Positions 28,881 to 38,669 of a stretch of DNA of 64,000 bases are shown here, piece after piece (within the stretch, counting starts at the first letter, position 1; each line of letters begins with the position of its first letter). Source of the DNA: Escherichia phage vB_EcoM_Kelasse; the sequence record MW749001.1. The stretch is one strand, 5' to 3'. The position numbers and the translations under genes were made by a program. The notes below the pieces were generated by a model. It saw only the letters and a list, made by a program, of their open reading frames with translations, searched no databases and had not been told where the DNA came from.

Positions 28881-29433
28881 ATTTTTCTAATAATAAATCG
28901 CTTTCAAAATTAGGATTTTCCACGAATTTATCAAAAAGATCATCAACGATAGTTAAGATATTCTTTTTATTAAGAATACGCTTATTTTCATATTTTGTTT
29001 CAGAGTCAACTATAAGAGTAAAGAAATATTTCTTTCCCTGAAATTTTACCGTAGTATCAATATATAACAAATTTGACTTTTGTAAATTACGTTTAAACCA
29101 TGCGTCACTTAAACTGTAAACGCCAAGATAATCATAATCGTCATTTAAATAACAAACTGTCCATTCAGGAGAAATGAAATCAGTAAATTCAACATCAAAA
29201 TCACACGTCAATGAATGAATTGATTCAATACTTTTAATGAGTATTCCAGGACGTATTAAAGACTTTTTACCTTTATAAAATCCAGAAAGACTTTCATCAG
29301 TTTCGTATGAAGACCCCCAATAGTAATTACGTCCTTCTGCCATACGTTTAAGAGCATTTAGTAATTGATCTGGAACATCAACCTGTCTTTGGAACTCTTC
29401 AAACATTGAATTGAAATCACTTTGCATTTTCAT
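28828..29433 (-). CDS. hypothetical protein (201 aa)
   Basis: ORF. Confidence 0.45.
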   Translation of the reverse strand: MKMQSDFNSMFEEFQRQVDVPDQLLNALKRMAEGRNYYWGSSYETDESLSGFYKGKKSLIRPGILIKSIESIHSLTCDFDVEFTDFISPEWTVCYLNDDYDYLGVYSLSDAWFKRNLQKSNLLYIDTTVKFQGKKYFFTLIVDSETKYENKRILNKKNILTIVDDLFDKFVENPNFESDLLLEKFVKECREYVKAITIPSK

Positions 29434-29451
29434 TCCTATTTACTCCAAGTA

Positions 29452-29468
29452 ATAGGGGCCGAAGCCCC
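29452..29468 (-). terminator. intercistronic UUCG stem-loop (weak terminator or mRNA-stabilising hairpin)
   Basis: GGGGCUUCGGCCCC between two co-directional genes; no clear U-run. Confidence 0.4.
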
Positions 29469-29474
29469 TTATCA

Positions 29475-30068
29475 TTATTTCAGAGAATTAATATATTCCT
29501 GGACATCGGCAGAGGTAGTTTCAACCCCAGAAATATTGCCGTTAAAAGTTTCAACTCGAGCAAGGGTATCTTCAATATCAACCTTAGTCAGTGCTGCAAT
29601 TTCAACTACATCATCGGCAGTACTAATTCCAAGGGCATTTGCCGCACGAGTTTCACGAATATATTCCAATTTAACTGCAAGTTCTTGGCGAGCATCATCT
29701 AACTCAACTACTTTCTTGGCGATTTCAATTCGCATTTCAGCATAACCGTCAGCTTTAGTAGTCAACTGCTCAGCTGTTCGGCGATATAGTAAACCGAGTT
29801 TAGCATGCATTGTTACATCTTGACCTTCGGAAAGAAGTTTTCGAATTTCACGCTCTTTTGATTCGGCCTGTCGATTCTTTTCGATAACAAGTTCACGAAT
29901 ACGTTTTTCTTCATTAATAGATTTAATAGAAGCAGTTTTTAGATCTTTAATTTTATCAAGTAGTTTTGCTGCTGCAGCAGTATACTGTTCTTCAACAGAT
30001 AGATTTTTAGCCATAGCAGAACCAAGTTTAGTGCGAATAAACTCAACAATTTTCTTCAGTGTGTTCAT
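29475..30068 (-). CDS. coiled-coil protein (197 aa)
   Basis: Almost entirely helical/charged sequence; loose resemblance to PspA/IM30-type proteins (unverified). Confidence 0.5.
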   Translation of the reverse strand: MNTLKKIVEFIRTKLGSAMAKNLSVEEQYTAAAAKLLDKIKDLKTASIKSINEEKRIRELVIEKNRQAESKEREIRKLLSEGQDVTMHAKLGLLYRRTAEQLTTKADGYAEMRIEIAKKVVELDDARQELAVKLEYIRETRAANALGISTADDVVEIAALTKVDIEDTLARVETFNGNISGVETTSADVQEYINSLK

Positions 30069-30125
30069 AGTATTTCCTTAGATTGATACAATTAGATAAT
30101 ATCACGTTTTTAATAGATTGTAAAC

Positions 30126-30461
30126 TTATTCTTCGTCTATCTCATCGATAAAGACGTCAATGGCCTCGATAACGGCATCATTGATAGCCAATAAAGTAAA
30201 ATCATCGTCAGTACCTTTATAAGATTCTGAAGCATTGATATATGCTTGATTGACGAGTTCCCAAGCCTTTTTAAAATAAGGAGTTTCATCATCAGGACAA
30301 ATATCCCGCACACCTTCAAAGATACGATTGGCATAATCTAACACCCATTGTACAGGCATGTTTTGAGAACGTTCGTTAAACTCTTTAAATTCCTTAGATT
30401 CAAAAAGCTCTTCAGGATAATAATTTCGATTACAAAAAGCTTTACTAAAGTTACGTTTCAT
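30126..30461 (-). CDS. hypothetical acidic protein (111 aa)
   Basis: ORF. Confidence 0.45.
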   Translation of the reverse strand: MKRNFSKAFCNRNYYPEELFESKEFKEFNERSQNMPVQWVLDYANRIFEGVRDICPDDETPYFKKAWELVNQAYINASESYKGTDDDFTLLAINDAVIEAIDVFIDEIDEE

Positions 30462-30516
30462 AATGTTCTCCTCAAGCTACAGGCTCATAATATCTCAATC
30501 ATGAGCCTGTGTAAAC

Positions 30517-30792
30517 TTATTTCATATTATTGAAATATTCTTCTGCGATTTCGTCGTTATCATGGTAAACTTTAGAAGACAGTTTAACATAACCTTCAGC
30601 AGTGAACATGTTAATCACAACTTTTACAGTATACCACTGACCGTCTTCATTACCCATTACTGCGTAAGTTTCAAACATCGGATGGTCAGGACCGATAACT
30701 TTAATATCATTCACTGTACGACCGAAATCTTCTGAAACGCATTTCATAAAGAAGTTGAACAGTTCGCCGTAATTATCCATTTCATTCTCCAA
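30517..30792 (-). CDS. hypothetical protein (91 aa)
   Basis: ORF immediately downstream of promoter-like element. Confidence 0.45.
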   Translation of the reverse strand: MENEMDNYGELFNFFMKCVSEDFGRTVNDIKVIGPDHPMFETYAVMGNEDGQWYTVKVVINMFTAEGYVKLSSKVYHDNDEIAEEYFNNMK

Positions 30793-30808
30793 GTTGTTTT
30801 CTGTATCA

Positions 30809-30832
30809 GTAGTTGATAGTTGTATAGTACCA
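30809..30832. repeat. 24-bp dispersed promoter-core repeat (copy 2)
   Basis: gtagttgatagttgtatagtacca, identical to 13580..13603. Confidence 0.85.
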
Positions 30833-30854
30833 TGGAAGAACAGGGATGTAAACC
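30812..30854 (-). promoter_or_regulatory. T4-type early promoter
   Basis: Minus-strand GTTTACA ... TACTATAC ... AACTATCAACTAC leader; near-identical to the element at 13585. Confidence 0.55.
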
Positions 30855-30986
30855 GTTTTGTGAAAAATTTTTTAAAAAGTTTTAGAGAATTCTAGGGAGG
30901 GAAGGGGCAATTAAAGGATAGGATAATATATTATAAAGGGTAGAAACTAAATGATGCCTAGAGAGGTCCAGAAAGGCCTAGATGCC

Positions 30987-31012
30987 AAAAAGCCCTATCA
31001 TTTAGATAGGGA
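30987..31012 (-). terminator. intrinsic terminator
   Basis: Minus-strand CCCUAUC-loop-GAUAGGG followed by CUUUUUGG. Confidence 0.5.
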
Positions 31013-31019
31013 TTTAAAA

Positions 31020-31583
31020 TTATTTATCTAGTTTAGTTATTATAGCTTCTGCGGCAGCTTTTAGCTTAGATGCGGTGTTAATACGATTTTTAATTTCAGT
31101 ATACGCATCGCCAAGAACATCAAGGCTATCAGAATAAACACTTACACTATTGCGTTCGCTATTTGAAATAGAACCTTTAGTTTTACGTTCAAAATCGGTG
31201 TACACGTCTTGAAGATCACGGGCTGCCTTCTTTGCATCATCCAATGCATCAAGAGCTTTATTCAAAGCATTAACATATTTTTTAGTGTCGAACATATTCT
31301 TAGAAATTTTAACAGGTGCACGTTCAGGAGTAGCTAAGGCAGATTTAGGAACCTGAGCGCCAGATGCCAATTTCTTAGAAATTTTGAAAAATGCTTTATT
31401 GAAACTATTTTCTTGACTCATCGTAAAAGAACTATTATCAATGTTATACATTTCAATAGCTTTAGCTTTCCACTTAAGAAAATCGCCACGGTCTTTTGGG
31501 TCCAAGTGGAAGAATACTTTAGTAAGATCTGCTTCAGATGGTAATTTTGCTGCTTCGGTTAAAAATTCGGCGTAGGTTTTCAT
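31020..31583 (-). CDS. internal-protein candidate with capsid targeting sequence (187 aa)
   Basis: N-terminus MKTYAEFLTEA (CTS-like); Lys/Ala-rich helical body. Confidence 0.6.
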   Translation of the reverse strand: MKTYAEFLTEAAKLPSEADLTKVFFHLDPKDRGDFLKWKAKAIEMYNIDNSSFTMSQENSFNKAFFKISKKLASGAQVPKSALATPERAPVKISKNMFDTKKYVNALNKALDALDDAKKAARDLQDVYTDFERKTKGSISNSERNSVSVYSDSLDVLGDAYTEIKNRINTASKLKAAAEAIITKLDK

Positions 31584-31666
31584 TTAAAATCCTTGAAATA
31601 ATTTATTGGTTATTAATTATTTATCACGTTGTTATATGTAACAGCATTCTCCGAGCGATTCAAACT

Positions 31667-31697
31667 AAAAAGCCCCAACCTTTCTGTCGGGGCTAAG
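31667..31697 (-). terminator. intrinsic terminator, repeat copy 1
   Basis: Minus-strand GCCCCGACAGAAAGGUUGGGGC + UUUUU; 30/31 identical to 32223..32253. Confidence 0.6.
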
Positions 31698-31701
31698 AAT
31701 G

Positions 31702-32175
31702 TTATTTAATTTGCTTAGCAGACCAAATGCGGTCTTTGATAATTTTTTGGATGTCTTCAACATACTCAAGAGAGTGAACATGTGGGTTATCTTTGAAACT
31801 ATAAGCACGAGCTAGCTTTTGGCCTTCAGTTTTGATTACTAAAAGCTCTTTAAGGATAGCTTCATATTTGGAGATAATTCCTTTAACAATATTTTTCTCT
31901 TGTGCGACTTTAGGATCTGCTTTAGGAGCAGGTTTACCAGAAGCCTTTGCAAAAGCAGCGCCAGTAGCAACTAAACTTTTCCAGGCCATACTAACTGCAT
32001 TTCCCGTAAATCCTTCCGCTTTCATGTCGCGTGCGAACTGGAATCGCGATTCATCAGAAGCATCTTTATAAGAATATTTACCCGCTGCAATGGCTGCTTT
32101 TGCGACAGCTTGAATTTCGGTGCTAGATGCTTCATTTAACACCGCTTCATTTAAAAATTGAGTATATGATTTCAT
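31702..32175 (-). CDS. internal-protein candidate with CTS-like N-terminus (157 aa)
   Basis: N-terminus MKSYTQFLNEA; gene flanked by two near-identical terminator copies. Confidence 0.55.
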   Translation of the reverse strand: MKSYTQFLNEAVLNEASSTEIQAVAKAAIAAGKYSYKDASDESRFQFARDMKAEGFTGNAVSMAWKSLVATGAAFAKASGKPAPKADPKVAQEKNIVKGIISKYEAILKELLVIKTEGQKLARAYSFKDNPHVHSLEYVEDIQKIIKDRIWSAKQIK

Positions 32176-32222
32176 CTTATTTCCTGTTTTAATTTGTAGA
32201 TTTAATATACTTATTTATACCA

Positions 32223-32253
32223 AAAAGCCCCAACCTTTCGGTCGGGGCTAAGC
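32223..32253 (-). terminator. intrinsic terminator, repeat copy 2
   Basis: Minus-strand GCCCCGACCGAAAGGUUGGGGC + UUUUU. Confidence 0.6.
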
Positions 32254-32255
32254 CT

Positions 32256-32460
32256 TGCGGCAACCTTGTCGGGGTTCCACCTGCTAAGGCAAGTGTTTGT
32301 ACGAAACGCCGGGATTCGAACCCGGTTATCAAGCAGTTGACGCTACTCAATATTTTTAAAAGGCCATATCTCGACCATATCCGAACGTTCCGTCAAAAAC
32401 GCTACTCGGCTTACGGCAAAGATATTTCCTCGAATCGATAATTCGGTGCGCCGTTTCTGC
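32256..32460 (-). ncRNA. candidate tRNA-like stable RNA(s) (T4 rnaC/rnaD-like)
   Basis: ORF-free 345-bp block next to the tRNA array; contains a canonical T-arm (CCGGGTTCGAATCCCGG on the minus strand) with a 6-bp acceptor-like pairing about 150 nt apart; ends in a terminator. Confidence 0.25.
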
Positions 32461-32560
32461 TGTGATATAAGGGGACATTAACAAAACATAAAGATTTATT
32501 AATGCCAGTCCTTAAACAGGGAACATCAGTCCGACGACTTACCGGTAGCGACCCGGTTTC

Positions 32561-32911
32561 TTAATATTCTTTTAAAGCATCAATCTGTTCACGGCGTTTA
32601 CGCCATAAATCAATTGCTTCATACGCAGATTCAGCATTTCGAATTTGACGGCATTTATATAAAGACTTGTGATTTTGATATTGCGTAGATAACGGAATTT
32701 TATCTAAAAGGTCTTTACGTTCAAAGTATTCGTAACCATCTAAGCCAAATGAACGATTTTTGAGAAATTGCCAATGACCATATTCGTTTTCAACATAAAC
32801 ATAATCCGCGTGTTGATAAAGCAAATTAATTACACGTTCAGAAATAACAGTGTCATTGTGATTAAAATAAAATGTTAAATCATGAACTACTAAATAAACA
32901 TTACCTTTCAT
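32561..32911 (-). CDS. hypothetical protein (116 aa)
   Basis: ORF immediately downstream of tRNA-Arg. Confidence 0.45.
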   Translation of the reverse strand: MKGNVYLVVHDLTFYFNHNDTVISERVINLLYQHADYVYVENEYGHWQFLKNRSFGLDGYEYFERKDLLDKIPLSTQYQNHKSLYKCRQIRNAESAYEAIDLWRKRREQIDALKEY

Positions 32912-32929
32912 ATTTTCCTCACTTATAAT

Positions 32930-33005
32930 TGGTCGAGGCAGTAGGGATCGAACCTACGACCTAGGACTTAGAAGGTCCTTGCTCTTCCTTCTGAGCTATG
33001 CCCCG
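32930..33005 (-). tRNA. tRNA-Arg (anticodon UCU)
   Basis: Hand-folded cloverleaf: 7-bp acceptor stem, T-arm GGTTCGATCC, anticodon loop CUUCUAA, CCA encoded. Confidence 0.8.
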
Positions 33006-33009
33006 TAAT

Positions 33010-33085
33010 TGGGGTGACCGATGGGAGTCGAACCCATGACTACGAGAATCACAATCTCGAGTTCTACCAACTGAACTACGGCCAC
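33010..33085 (-). tRNA. tRNA-His (anticodon GUG)
   Basis: Cloverleaf with anticodon loop UUGUGAU, T-loop TTCGACT, discriminator C as expected for tRNA-His. Confidence 0.7.
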
Positions 33086-33199
33086 ATTAATACCTACTCC
33101 AACAATCAAGATGTCTTCACACGAAATTAAGAGAAGAGTGATCAGTTCAACCCTTATAATCGCGTCAAGTAGATATTAATGTGACAGTTGTCACAAATT

Positions 33200-33274
33200 T
33201 GGCGGACGTGATAGGATTCGAACCTATAACCAATCGCTTAACAGGCGATCGCTCTGCCATTGAGCTACACATCC
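33200..33274 (-). tRNA. tRNA-Asn (anticodon GUU)
   Basis: Perfect anticodon stem ATCGC/GCGAT with loop CUGUUAA; T-arm ATAGGTTCGAATCCTAT. Confidence 0.75.
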
Positions 33275-33278
33275 AAAT

Positions 33279-33365
33279 TGGTGGGGAGTGATGGAGTCGA
33301 ACCACCCGAGTCGCAATGACAATGAATTTACAGTCCACACCGCTACCTCTACGGGATAACTCCCC
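33279..33365 (-). tRNA. tRNA-Tyr (anticodon GUA), long variable arm
   Basis: 87-nt cloverleaf; loop CUGUAAA; variable arm GTCATTGCGAC resembles E. coli tRNA-Tyr; anticodon stem has two G-U pairs. Confidence 0.6.
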
Positions 33366-33371
33366 TTAATT

Positions 33372-33446
33372 TGGTGGCCCTGGGTGGAATTGAACCACCA
33401 TCTGGCGATTATGAGTCGCTTGCTTGAACCTTCCAGCTACAGGGCC
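33372..33446 (-). tRNA. tRNA with anticodon CAU (Ile2-type or Met)
   Basis: Cloverleaf with loop CUCAUAA; 7-bp acceptor GGCCCTG/CAGGGCC. Confidence 0.7.
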
Positions 33447-33447
33447 T

Positions 33448-33523
33448 TGGTGCTGATTGACGGAATCGAACCGCCGACATCCTCATTACAAGTGAGGTGC
33501 TCTACCTACTGAGCTAAATCAGC
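33448..33523 (-). tRNA. tRNA-Thr (anticodon UGU)
   Basis: Cloverleaf with loop CUUGUAA; T-arm GGCGGTTCGATTCCGTC. Confidence 0.8.
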
Positions 33524-33528
33524 AAAAC

Positions 33529-33618
33529 TGGCGGAGGCGATAGGATTTGAACCTATGAGTCGCCGGAGCGACTGCCGGTTTTCAAGACCGGTGCATTAAA
33601 CCACTCTGCCACGCCTCC
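33529..33618 (-). tRNA. tRNA-Ser (anticodon UGA), long variable arm
   Basis: 90-nt type II cloverleaf; anticodon stem CCGGT/ACCGG, loop CUUGAAA. Confidence 0.8.
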
Positions 33619-33620
33619 AG

Positions 33621-33694
33621 TCTCCATACAAGGATTTGAACCTTGGACCTCCTGATCCCAAATCAGGCGCTCTACCAAACTGAGCTACACGGAG
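33621..33694 (-). tRNA. tRNA-Pro (anticodon UGG), CCA not encoded
   Basis: Loop UUUGGGA; only 2 nt separate its 3' end from tRNA-Ser, as in the T4 Pro-Ser dimeric precursor. Confidence 0.8.
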
Positions 33695-33704
33695 TAAATT
33701 AAAT

Positions 33705-33778
<74 letters not shown>

Positions 33779-33783
33779 AAATT

Positions 33784-33870
33784 TGGTGCGAGAAGTGGGA
33801 CTCGAACCCACAAGGAAATCATTCCGCAGCATTTTAAGTGCTGTGCCTTTACCAATTTGACCATTCTCGC
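33784..33870 (-). tRNA. tRNA-Leu (anticodon UAA), long variable arm
   Basis: 87 nt; loop CUUAAAA; GCGAGAAUGGUCAAAUUGGUAAAGG... matches T4 tRNA-Leu as I recall it. Confidence 0.85.
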
Positions 33871-33871
33871 G

Positions 33872-33944
33872 CTGGGAATAAAGGACTCGAACCTTTGCAT
33901 CTAGCAGTCAAAGTGCTATGCCTTACCAACTTGGCTAATTCCCA
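33872..33944 (-). tRNA. tRNA-Gln (anticodon UUG), CCA not encoded
   Basis: Perfect 7-bp acceptor stem TGGGAAT/ATTCCCA; loop CUUUGAC; abuts tRNA-Leu as in the T4 Gln-Leu precursor. Confidence 0.8.
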
Positions 33945-34041
33945 ATTATTAACAAAGGCTCTCAAACAAGAACCCTTGATGATAGAGGGTATTAATCAGT
34001 GCGGTATGAGTTAATAATAACAAATAATTCTTAAAGCATAT

Positions 34042-34329
34042 TTACCATTTATGATAATACATATTTACGATGCATTCAAGACCCAAAGGATTCTTGAAAA
34101 TATCATATTCAAGAGGACCTTTTTCTGTTTCAATAAAGAAATCAAAATTTACTGTATTAAATTTACGGTCTTCCTTCACTAATTTAACTTGAGAAGATGA
34201 ACGGTCAACATAAACCTTTTCAACTTCAAAACATGTTAAAACGCCATAATCATCAATCAAGGCTTTAGCCGCGTCTTGATCATATTTATATCCATTTTCA
34301 ATGGATGATACTTTAGCATAAAGAATCAT
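34042..34329 (-). CDS. hypothetical protein (95 aa)
   Basis: ORF. Confidence 0.45.
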   Translation of the reverse strand: MILYAKVSSIENGYKYDQDAAKALIDDYGVLTCFEVEKVYVDRSSSQVKLVKEDRKFNTVNFDFFIETEKGPLEYDIFKNPLGLECIVNMYYHKW

Positions 34330-34331
34330 TA

Positions 34332-34751
34332 TCAGCCTTCATCAACAATAGTATGAGTGTGGGCATTTACAATTTGCCACCAATCAAAGCGATTAGAACC
34401 ATACATCGGTTTGTTTTCATTTTCTTTGATAATATCACGGAGTTCATCTTCGGTAGCGGCTTTCGCGATTAAATCAGCATATCCACCACGAGGATAATAA
34501 TTATCACCTGCAAAAAGTAAAAAGTTTGGTTTAATATTATTAAACTCTTCAAGAGTAATAACTGTTCCACCAGGTTGAGCAATATCTACATAACTATATC
34601 CTAATTTTTGAGCAGCATCTACTGCTTCAAGCAGGGTATCATGAGCCCATCCAATTTGGCAATCTGGCTTTTCAGATGGATTAGCCTGATAATCCGCGTA
34701 CACTTTATACATTCTATTCACCTTTAGAAATTTTATCCATAACGATAGCAA
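34332..34751 (-). CDS. hypothetical protein (139 aa, start may be internal)
   Basis: ORF. Confidence 0.45.
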   Translation of the reverse strand: MLSLWIKFLKVNRMYKVYADYQANPSEKPDCQIGWAHDTLLEAVDAAQKLGYSYVDIAQPGGTVITLEEFNNIKPNFLLFAGDNYYPRGGYADLIAKAATEDELRDIIKENENKPMYGSNRFDWWQIVNAHTHTIVDEG

Positions 34752-34899
34752 TTAAACCAATTAAAAATGCTACTACAAGTGAAAAAACATTTTCTGCTGT
34801 AGTCAATAATCCGCATATAAATCCAACAAACATTGAAAAACTAAAAGCGGAAGCAGAAATTGCAATAGCAACATTTCGAATTAATTCACAACGTTTCAT
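34714..34899 (-). CDS. small membrane protein (61 aa)
   Basis: Hydrophobic over most of its length; downstream of promoter-like element. Confidence 0.35.
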   Translation of the reverse strand: MKRCELIRNVAIAISASAFSFSMFVGFICGLLTTAENVFSLVVAFLIGLIAIVMDKISKGE

Positions 34900-34906
34900 T
34901 TTATTC

Positions 34907-34930
34907 TCCTCGGTAGTTGATAGGGTAATA
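34907..34930. repeat. 24-bp direct repeat flanking ipI (copy 1)
   Basis: ttgatagggtaatagtatcactac, identical to 35217..35240. Confidence 0.85.
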
Positions 34931-34948
34931 GTATCACTACCCTATCTA
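34912..34948 (-). promoter_or_regulatory. T4-type early promoter downstream of ipI
   Basis: Minus-strand GTTTACT ... TACTAT. Confidence 0.5.
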
Positions 34949-34957
34949 AAAGTAAAC

Positions 34958-35191
34958 TTATTTTTTACGAAAAATTGATTTATATTTATCAGCCCATTTC
35001 TCAATGACTTTTGCCGGGCCATAGATAACAAAGTAATCGCCAAACTCTTCACCACCGAGTTGACCGAAATCATCTAATGCATCACGAAGAACTCCATGAG
35101 GCATTTCACCCATTTTATCTTTCTTGCCAGTGTAAATAAACTCAACTTTTACATCAGCAGTTTCAGCAATAAATTCTTGATACGTTTTCAT
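34958..35191 (-). CDS. ipI: internal protein I
   Basis: MKTYQEFIAE CTS followed by VKVEFIYTGKKDKMGEMPHGVLRDALDDFGQLGGEEFGDYFVIYGPAKV..., recognised as T4 IPI; start placed at internal Met of the ORF-track frame. Confidence 0.85.
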   Translation of the reverse strand: MKTYQEFIAETADVKVEFIYTGKKDKMGEMPHGVLRDALDDFGQLGGEEFGDYFVIYGPAKVIEKWADKYKSIFRKK

Positions 35192-35216
35192 TTTGTTCTC
35201 CAATTTCACATTTGTT

Positions 35217-35240
35217 TTGATAGGGTAATAGTATCACTAC
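35217..35240. repeat. 24-bp direct repeat flanking ipI (copy 2)
   Basis: ttgatagggtaatagtatcactac, identical to 34907..34930. Confidence 0.85.
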
Positions 35241-35250
35241 TAAAACCCCA

Positions 35251-35258
<8 letters not shown>
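35222..35258 (-). promoter_or_regulatory. T4-type early promoter upstream of ipI
   Basis: Minus-strand GTTTACA ... TACTAT, then GGAGAA and the ipI ATG. Confidence 0.6.
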
Positions 35259-35966
<708 letters not shown>

Positions 35967-35967
<1 letters not shown>

Positions 35968-36680
35968 TATAGTACCTTTAGTGTATTTTTAATTTTAGAA
36001 AAAAGTTCTTCAAGAGAACCATCGTTTGTAATTACTAAATCGCCATCACGAATTGGCAATCCAGCTTCTGTAATATGAGTATCATTGGATTTTTGACCAG
36101 GACGAACTACATGAATTACTGTAGCACCCATCGCCCTAGCCGCATCCATTTCATGATCTTGACGAGTATCAGGAACGATATAATAATCATAACCTGAGTT
36201 AAATTTATCAAGATAATCTAAAGCAAATAATTTTACCCAATACATGCGGTCGAAGTTATTAACAATCAAATCCGTACCTAGGGCTTGCATCAGACGACGG
36301 ACTGACCATTGATCTTCAATATTATTTATAACGTCAGCAATCTTGTTAAATGCTACGAAATTAACTGCGTCATCAAAAACAAACACACCTTTAATTGGGC
36401 TTTTACTATTAAGATAGCAAAATGCTTGTTCCATAATCGTAATTACTTCTAATTTAGTCAGATTTAAATTAGTTTCACGATCATAGTCAATTCCTTCAAA
36501 CTCTTTACGAGTTAAACAAGGATAGTCAGTGTTTGCTGCAAATACACCCCATGCATAAGCCAATGCATCCTTAATAGGACCAGCAAGTTGATATTTAACT
36601 GCAGAATAATTATTCATAATAAAATCTGCAGTAGTATCTTTTCCACTACGCTTTACACCACTTAAAAAGATTAGTTTCAT
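35967..36680 (-). CDS. 1: deoxynucleoside monophosphate kinase
   Basis: MKLIFLSGVKRSGKDTTADF... P-loop; recognised as T4 gp1. Confidence 0.95.
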
Positions 36681-36729
36681 ATGTTTCTCCTCAAATTTAG
36701 TTAAGATTATAACACATGAAACTGAAGCA

Positions 36730-37260
36730 TTAAACTTCTGCTATAATTTTTCCATCTTTTTCTACTTGAAAATACGTATAAGGAATCGTTGCTGTGCATA
36801 CTAAGGCTGGGTCTGAATCTTCTGTGTAGCTAAATTCTACTTCAGACAGGTCAGAAACCCAGGGCTTATAAAAATTTATTGACATCACGATTTCAGTTTT
36901 ACTATTATCTAAAATGTAAAGCGTAATGTATTCAGGACCTGTTTTTTGGGCAGTATTTTCGCCTGTAAGATAGTTACTAGTTCCTAGCATCCATTCATAC
37001 ATTCCTATCCATGACTTAAGCTCTTCATCAACTATAAATCTCACGATGAGTGGGTCGTACTCAAATGTAACACCTGGACGTTGTGCTCGGCCTAGTCCAA
37101 ACGGCCCAGTCACGGTATCAGTAACAGGTATCCTAATTCCCGGAATAGGAACTGACTGAGCATTTAAAGTAAAAGCAGATGTAGTATTACTATGCGGTAT
37201 TGATACTACAAAGTTAGTTGTATTTGCTTGGTTAAAAATTTGTTGTAGTGCTTGCGACAT
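36730..37260 (-). CDS. 3: gp3 tail-tube terminator / sheath stabiliser
   Basis: Frame 36730..37341; internal Met start MSQALQQIFNQ gives 176 aa as in T4 gp3; synteny 1-3-2-4. Confidence 0.75.
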   Translation of the reverse strand: MSQALQQIFNQANTTNFVVSIPHSNTTSAFTLNAQSVPIPGIRIPVTDTVTGPFGLGRAQRPGVTFEYDPLIVRFIVDEELKSWIGMYEWMLGTSNYLTGENTAQKTGPEYITLYILDNSKTEIVMSINFYKPWVSDLSEVEFSYTEDSDPALVCTATIPYTYFQVEKDGKIIAEV

Positions 37261-37366
37261 ATATTCCTCATAATGCTTCATAAATGTTGGTGGTATAATG
37301 GGTCTAAGTCCCTTCCATTCAATTCCAATTAGAACAAACAATAGAAAAGAATGGAAGATAATAGAA

Positions 37367-38191
37367 TTAGATATTTGACCAGACTTTGTTTGCAGAGAAA
37401 CGTTTTCCTTTTGAAACGAACTGCTGAAGTGGCATTAACACAACGTTCGCCCAGTCTTTCGGGGCGATTTCAACGAGGCTACCCATAATATTACCAGGTA
37501 TATATGCCTTAATCATTTGGTCTGCACCCCTAAATCCTTTCACTTGACTCCAATCAATTTTTAATTTCGTTTTATTAGTAATAGTAGGTGTATTTGAATA
37601 TTGCTTTAAAAGCTCTTCTAGAAATTGCTGACGAGCTTTAGGTGGAATATAGTGCAAGTTCAATCCGTACATTAAATTATGTTTACCTAAACCAAGGTAA
37701 ATTATCAAAGGAAATTTATCCCAATAAGGAAGAGTTTCCTTGTGTTTAGCATCATAAGCAAAAGCATATATTCGTCCCGGCTGCGGGCGAACAACTTTAT
37801 GTCCTTTTACTTGCTTAATAGTTTCAGCAAACCACTTTCTGGTTTTATTATTAATTGCTGCACCTTCATTACGAATTTTATCACGCAATGTTTGCCTGAA
37901 TGAATTTATCATAAGCAGTTGTCTTTCTTGCTTATTGAGTTTATTCATTGGTTTTGATTCAAGCTTTTGAATCTTTTCAGCCGTTTTAATTCCTGAAGCA
38001 TATTTTGACATTGCCGAAGTAAACGTAGAGTATTTGATTCCTCTTTCTTCAGCAAATTGCTTTCCTGTCATTCCTTTTGCTTTGGCCTTTCTGTATTCAA
38101 GACCTATCTGAATCCATTTCTTTTCGTTTAATGATTGCTTAACCTTTGGAACTTGGGGAGTGCTTTCATTAATTATTTGAAAAATAGCCAT
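37367..38191 (-). CDS. 2: gp2 DNA end-protector protein
   Basis: 274-aa basic ORF at the T4 gene 2 position and size. Confidence 0.8.
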   Translation of the reverse strand: MAIFQIINESTPQVPKVKQSLNEKKWIQIGLEYRKAKAKGMTGKQFAEERGIKYSTFTSAMSKYASGIKTAEKIQKLESKPMNKLNKQERQLLMINSFRQTLRDKIRNEGAAINNKTRKWFAETIKQVKGHKVVRPQPGRIYAFAYDAKHKETLPYWDKFPLIIYLGLGKHNLMYGLNLHYIPPKARQQFLEELLKQYSNTPTITNKTKLKIDWSQVKGFRGADQMIKAYIPGNIMGSLVEIAPKDWANVVLMPLQQFVSKGKRFSANKVWSNI

Positions 38192-38643
38192 TATGCCCCC
38201 TTAAAGCCAAGAGCTCTTAATCCATCTTCTGTTAGAATTCTAAATTTTATTCCACGCTTTTCAGCTAAAGCTTGCGCTGCTTTCCATTTGTCAGTATTAA
38301 CGGAATATGTATAAATTTCATTCATAAATCTTTTCTTCGCTGCAGTTGTTAGATGTGCCGGTTTAACTGGTGGTTGTGTTTCTTTTTTAGGTTTTATTTC
38401 AATAAAAAATTCTTGTCCAGAAGAATCTTTCATCCAAATATCCATGAAGTATCTACGTTTTTTCCCTTCTGCATTACAAAAATAAGGAATTACTGCTGTT
38501 TCACTACCCCATGCAATAATTTCTGGATTTTTATCTAACCATTCAAAAAAGAATTTTTCCCAATTTGATCTATACGTAATTTTTTTAGGGTCACCTCTAT
38601 ATTTTGATATATTTTTAGGAACCCATTTTCCAGAATATGCCAT
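38191..38643 (-). CDS. 4: gp4 head completion protein
   Basis: 150-aa ORF at the T4 gene 4 position and size; TATAAATA late promoter upstream on the minus strand. Confidence 0.8.
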   Translation of the reverse strand: MAYSGKWVPKNISKYRGDPKKITYRSNWEKFFFEWLDKNPEIIAWGSETAVIPYFCNAEGKKRRYFMDIWMKDSSGQEFFIEIKPKKETQPPVKPAHLTTAAKKRFMNEIYTYSVNTDKWKAAQALAEKRGIKFRILTEDGLRALGFKGA

Positions 38644-38654
38644 TGGATTCTCCT

Positions 38655-38662
38655 TATAAATA
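38655..38662 (+). promoter_or_regulatory. late promoter TATAAATA for gene 53
   Basis: Exact TATAAATA about 29 nt upstream of the gene 53 ATG, followed by AGGAGG. Confidence 0.7.
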
Positions 38663-38669
38663 GATAATA

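Noticed and set aside
27626-29433. Shared C-terminal E-C-R-K-like peptide motif in four consecutive proteins, suggestive of paralogy
   Set aside because: The motif is encoded by the downstream gene's ribosome-binding site and start codon (GAATGCAGGAAA...ATGA overlaps), so the similarity is a by-product of translational coupling, not evidence of homology.
33086-33199. Possible additional tRNA (for example tRNA-Asp) in the 114-bp gap between tRNA-Asn and tRNA-His
   Set aside because: No T-arm (GTTCRA) or acceptor pairing found on either strand; the gap only contains a short palindrome (gtgacagttgtcac).
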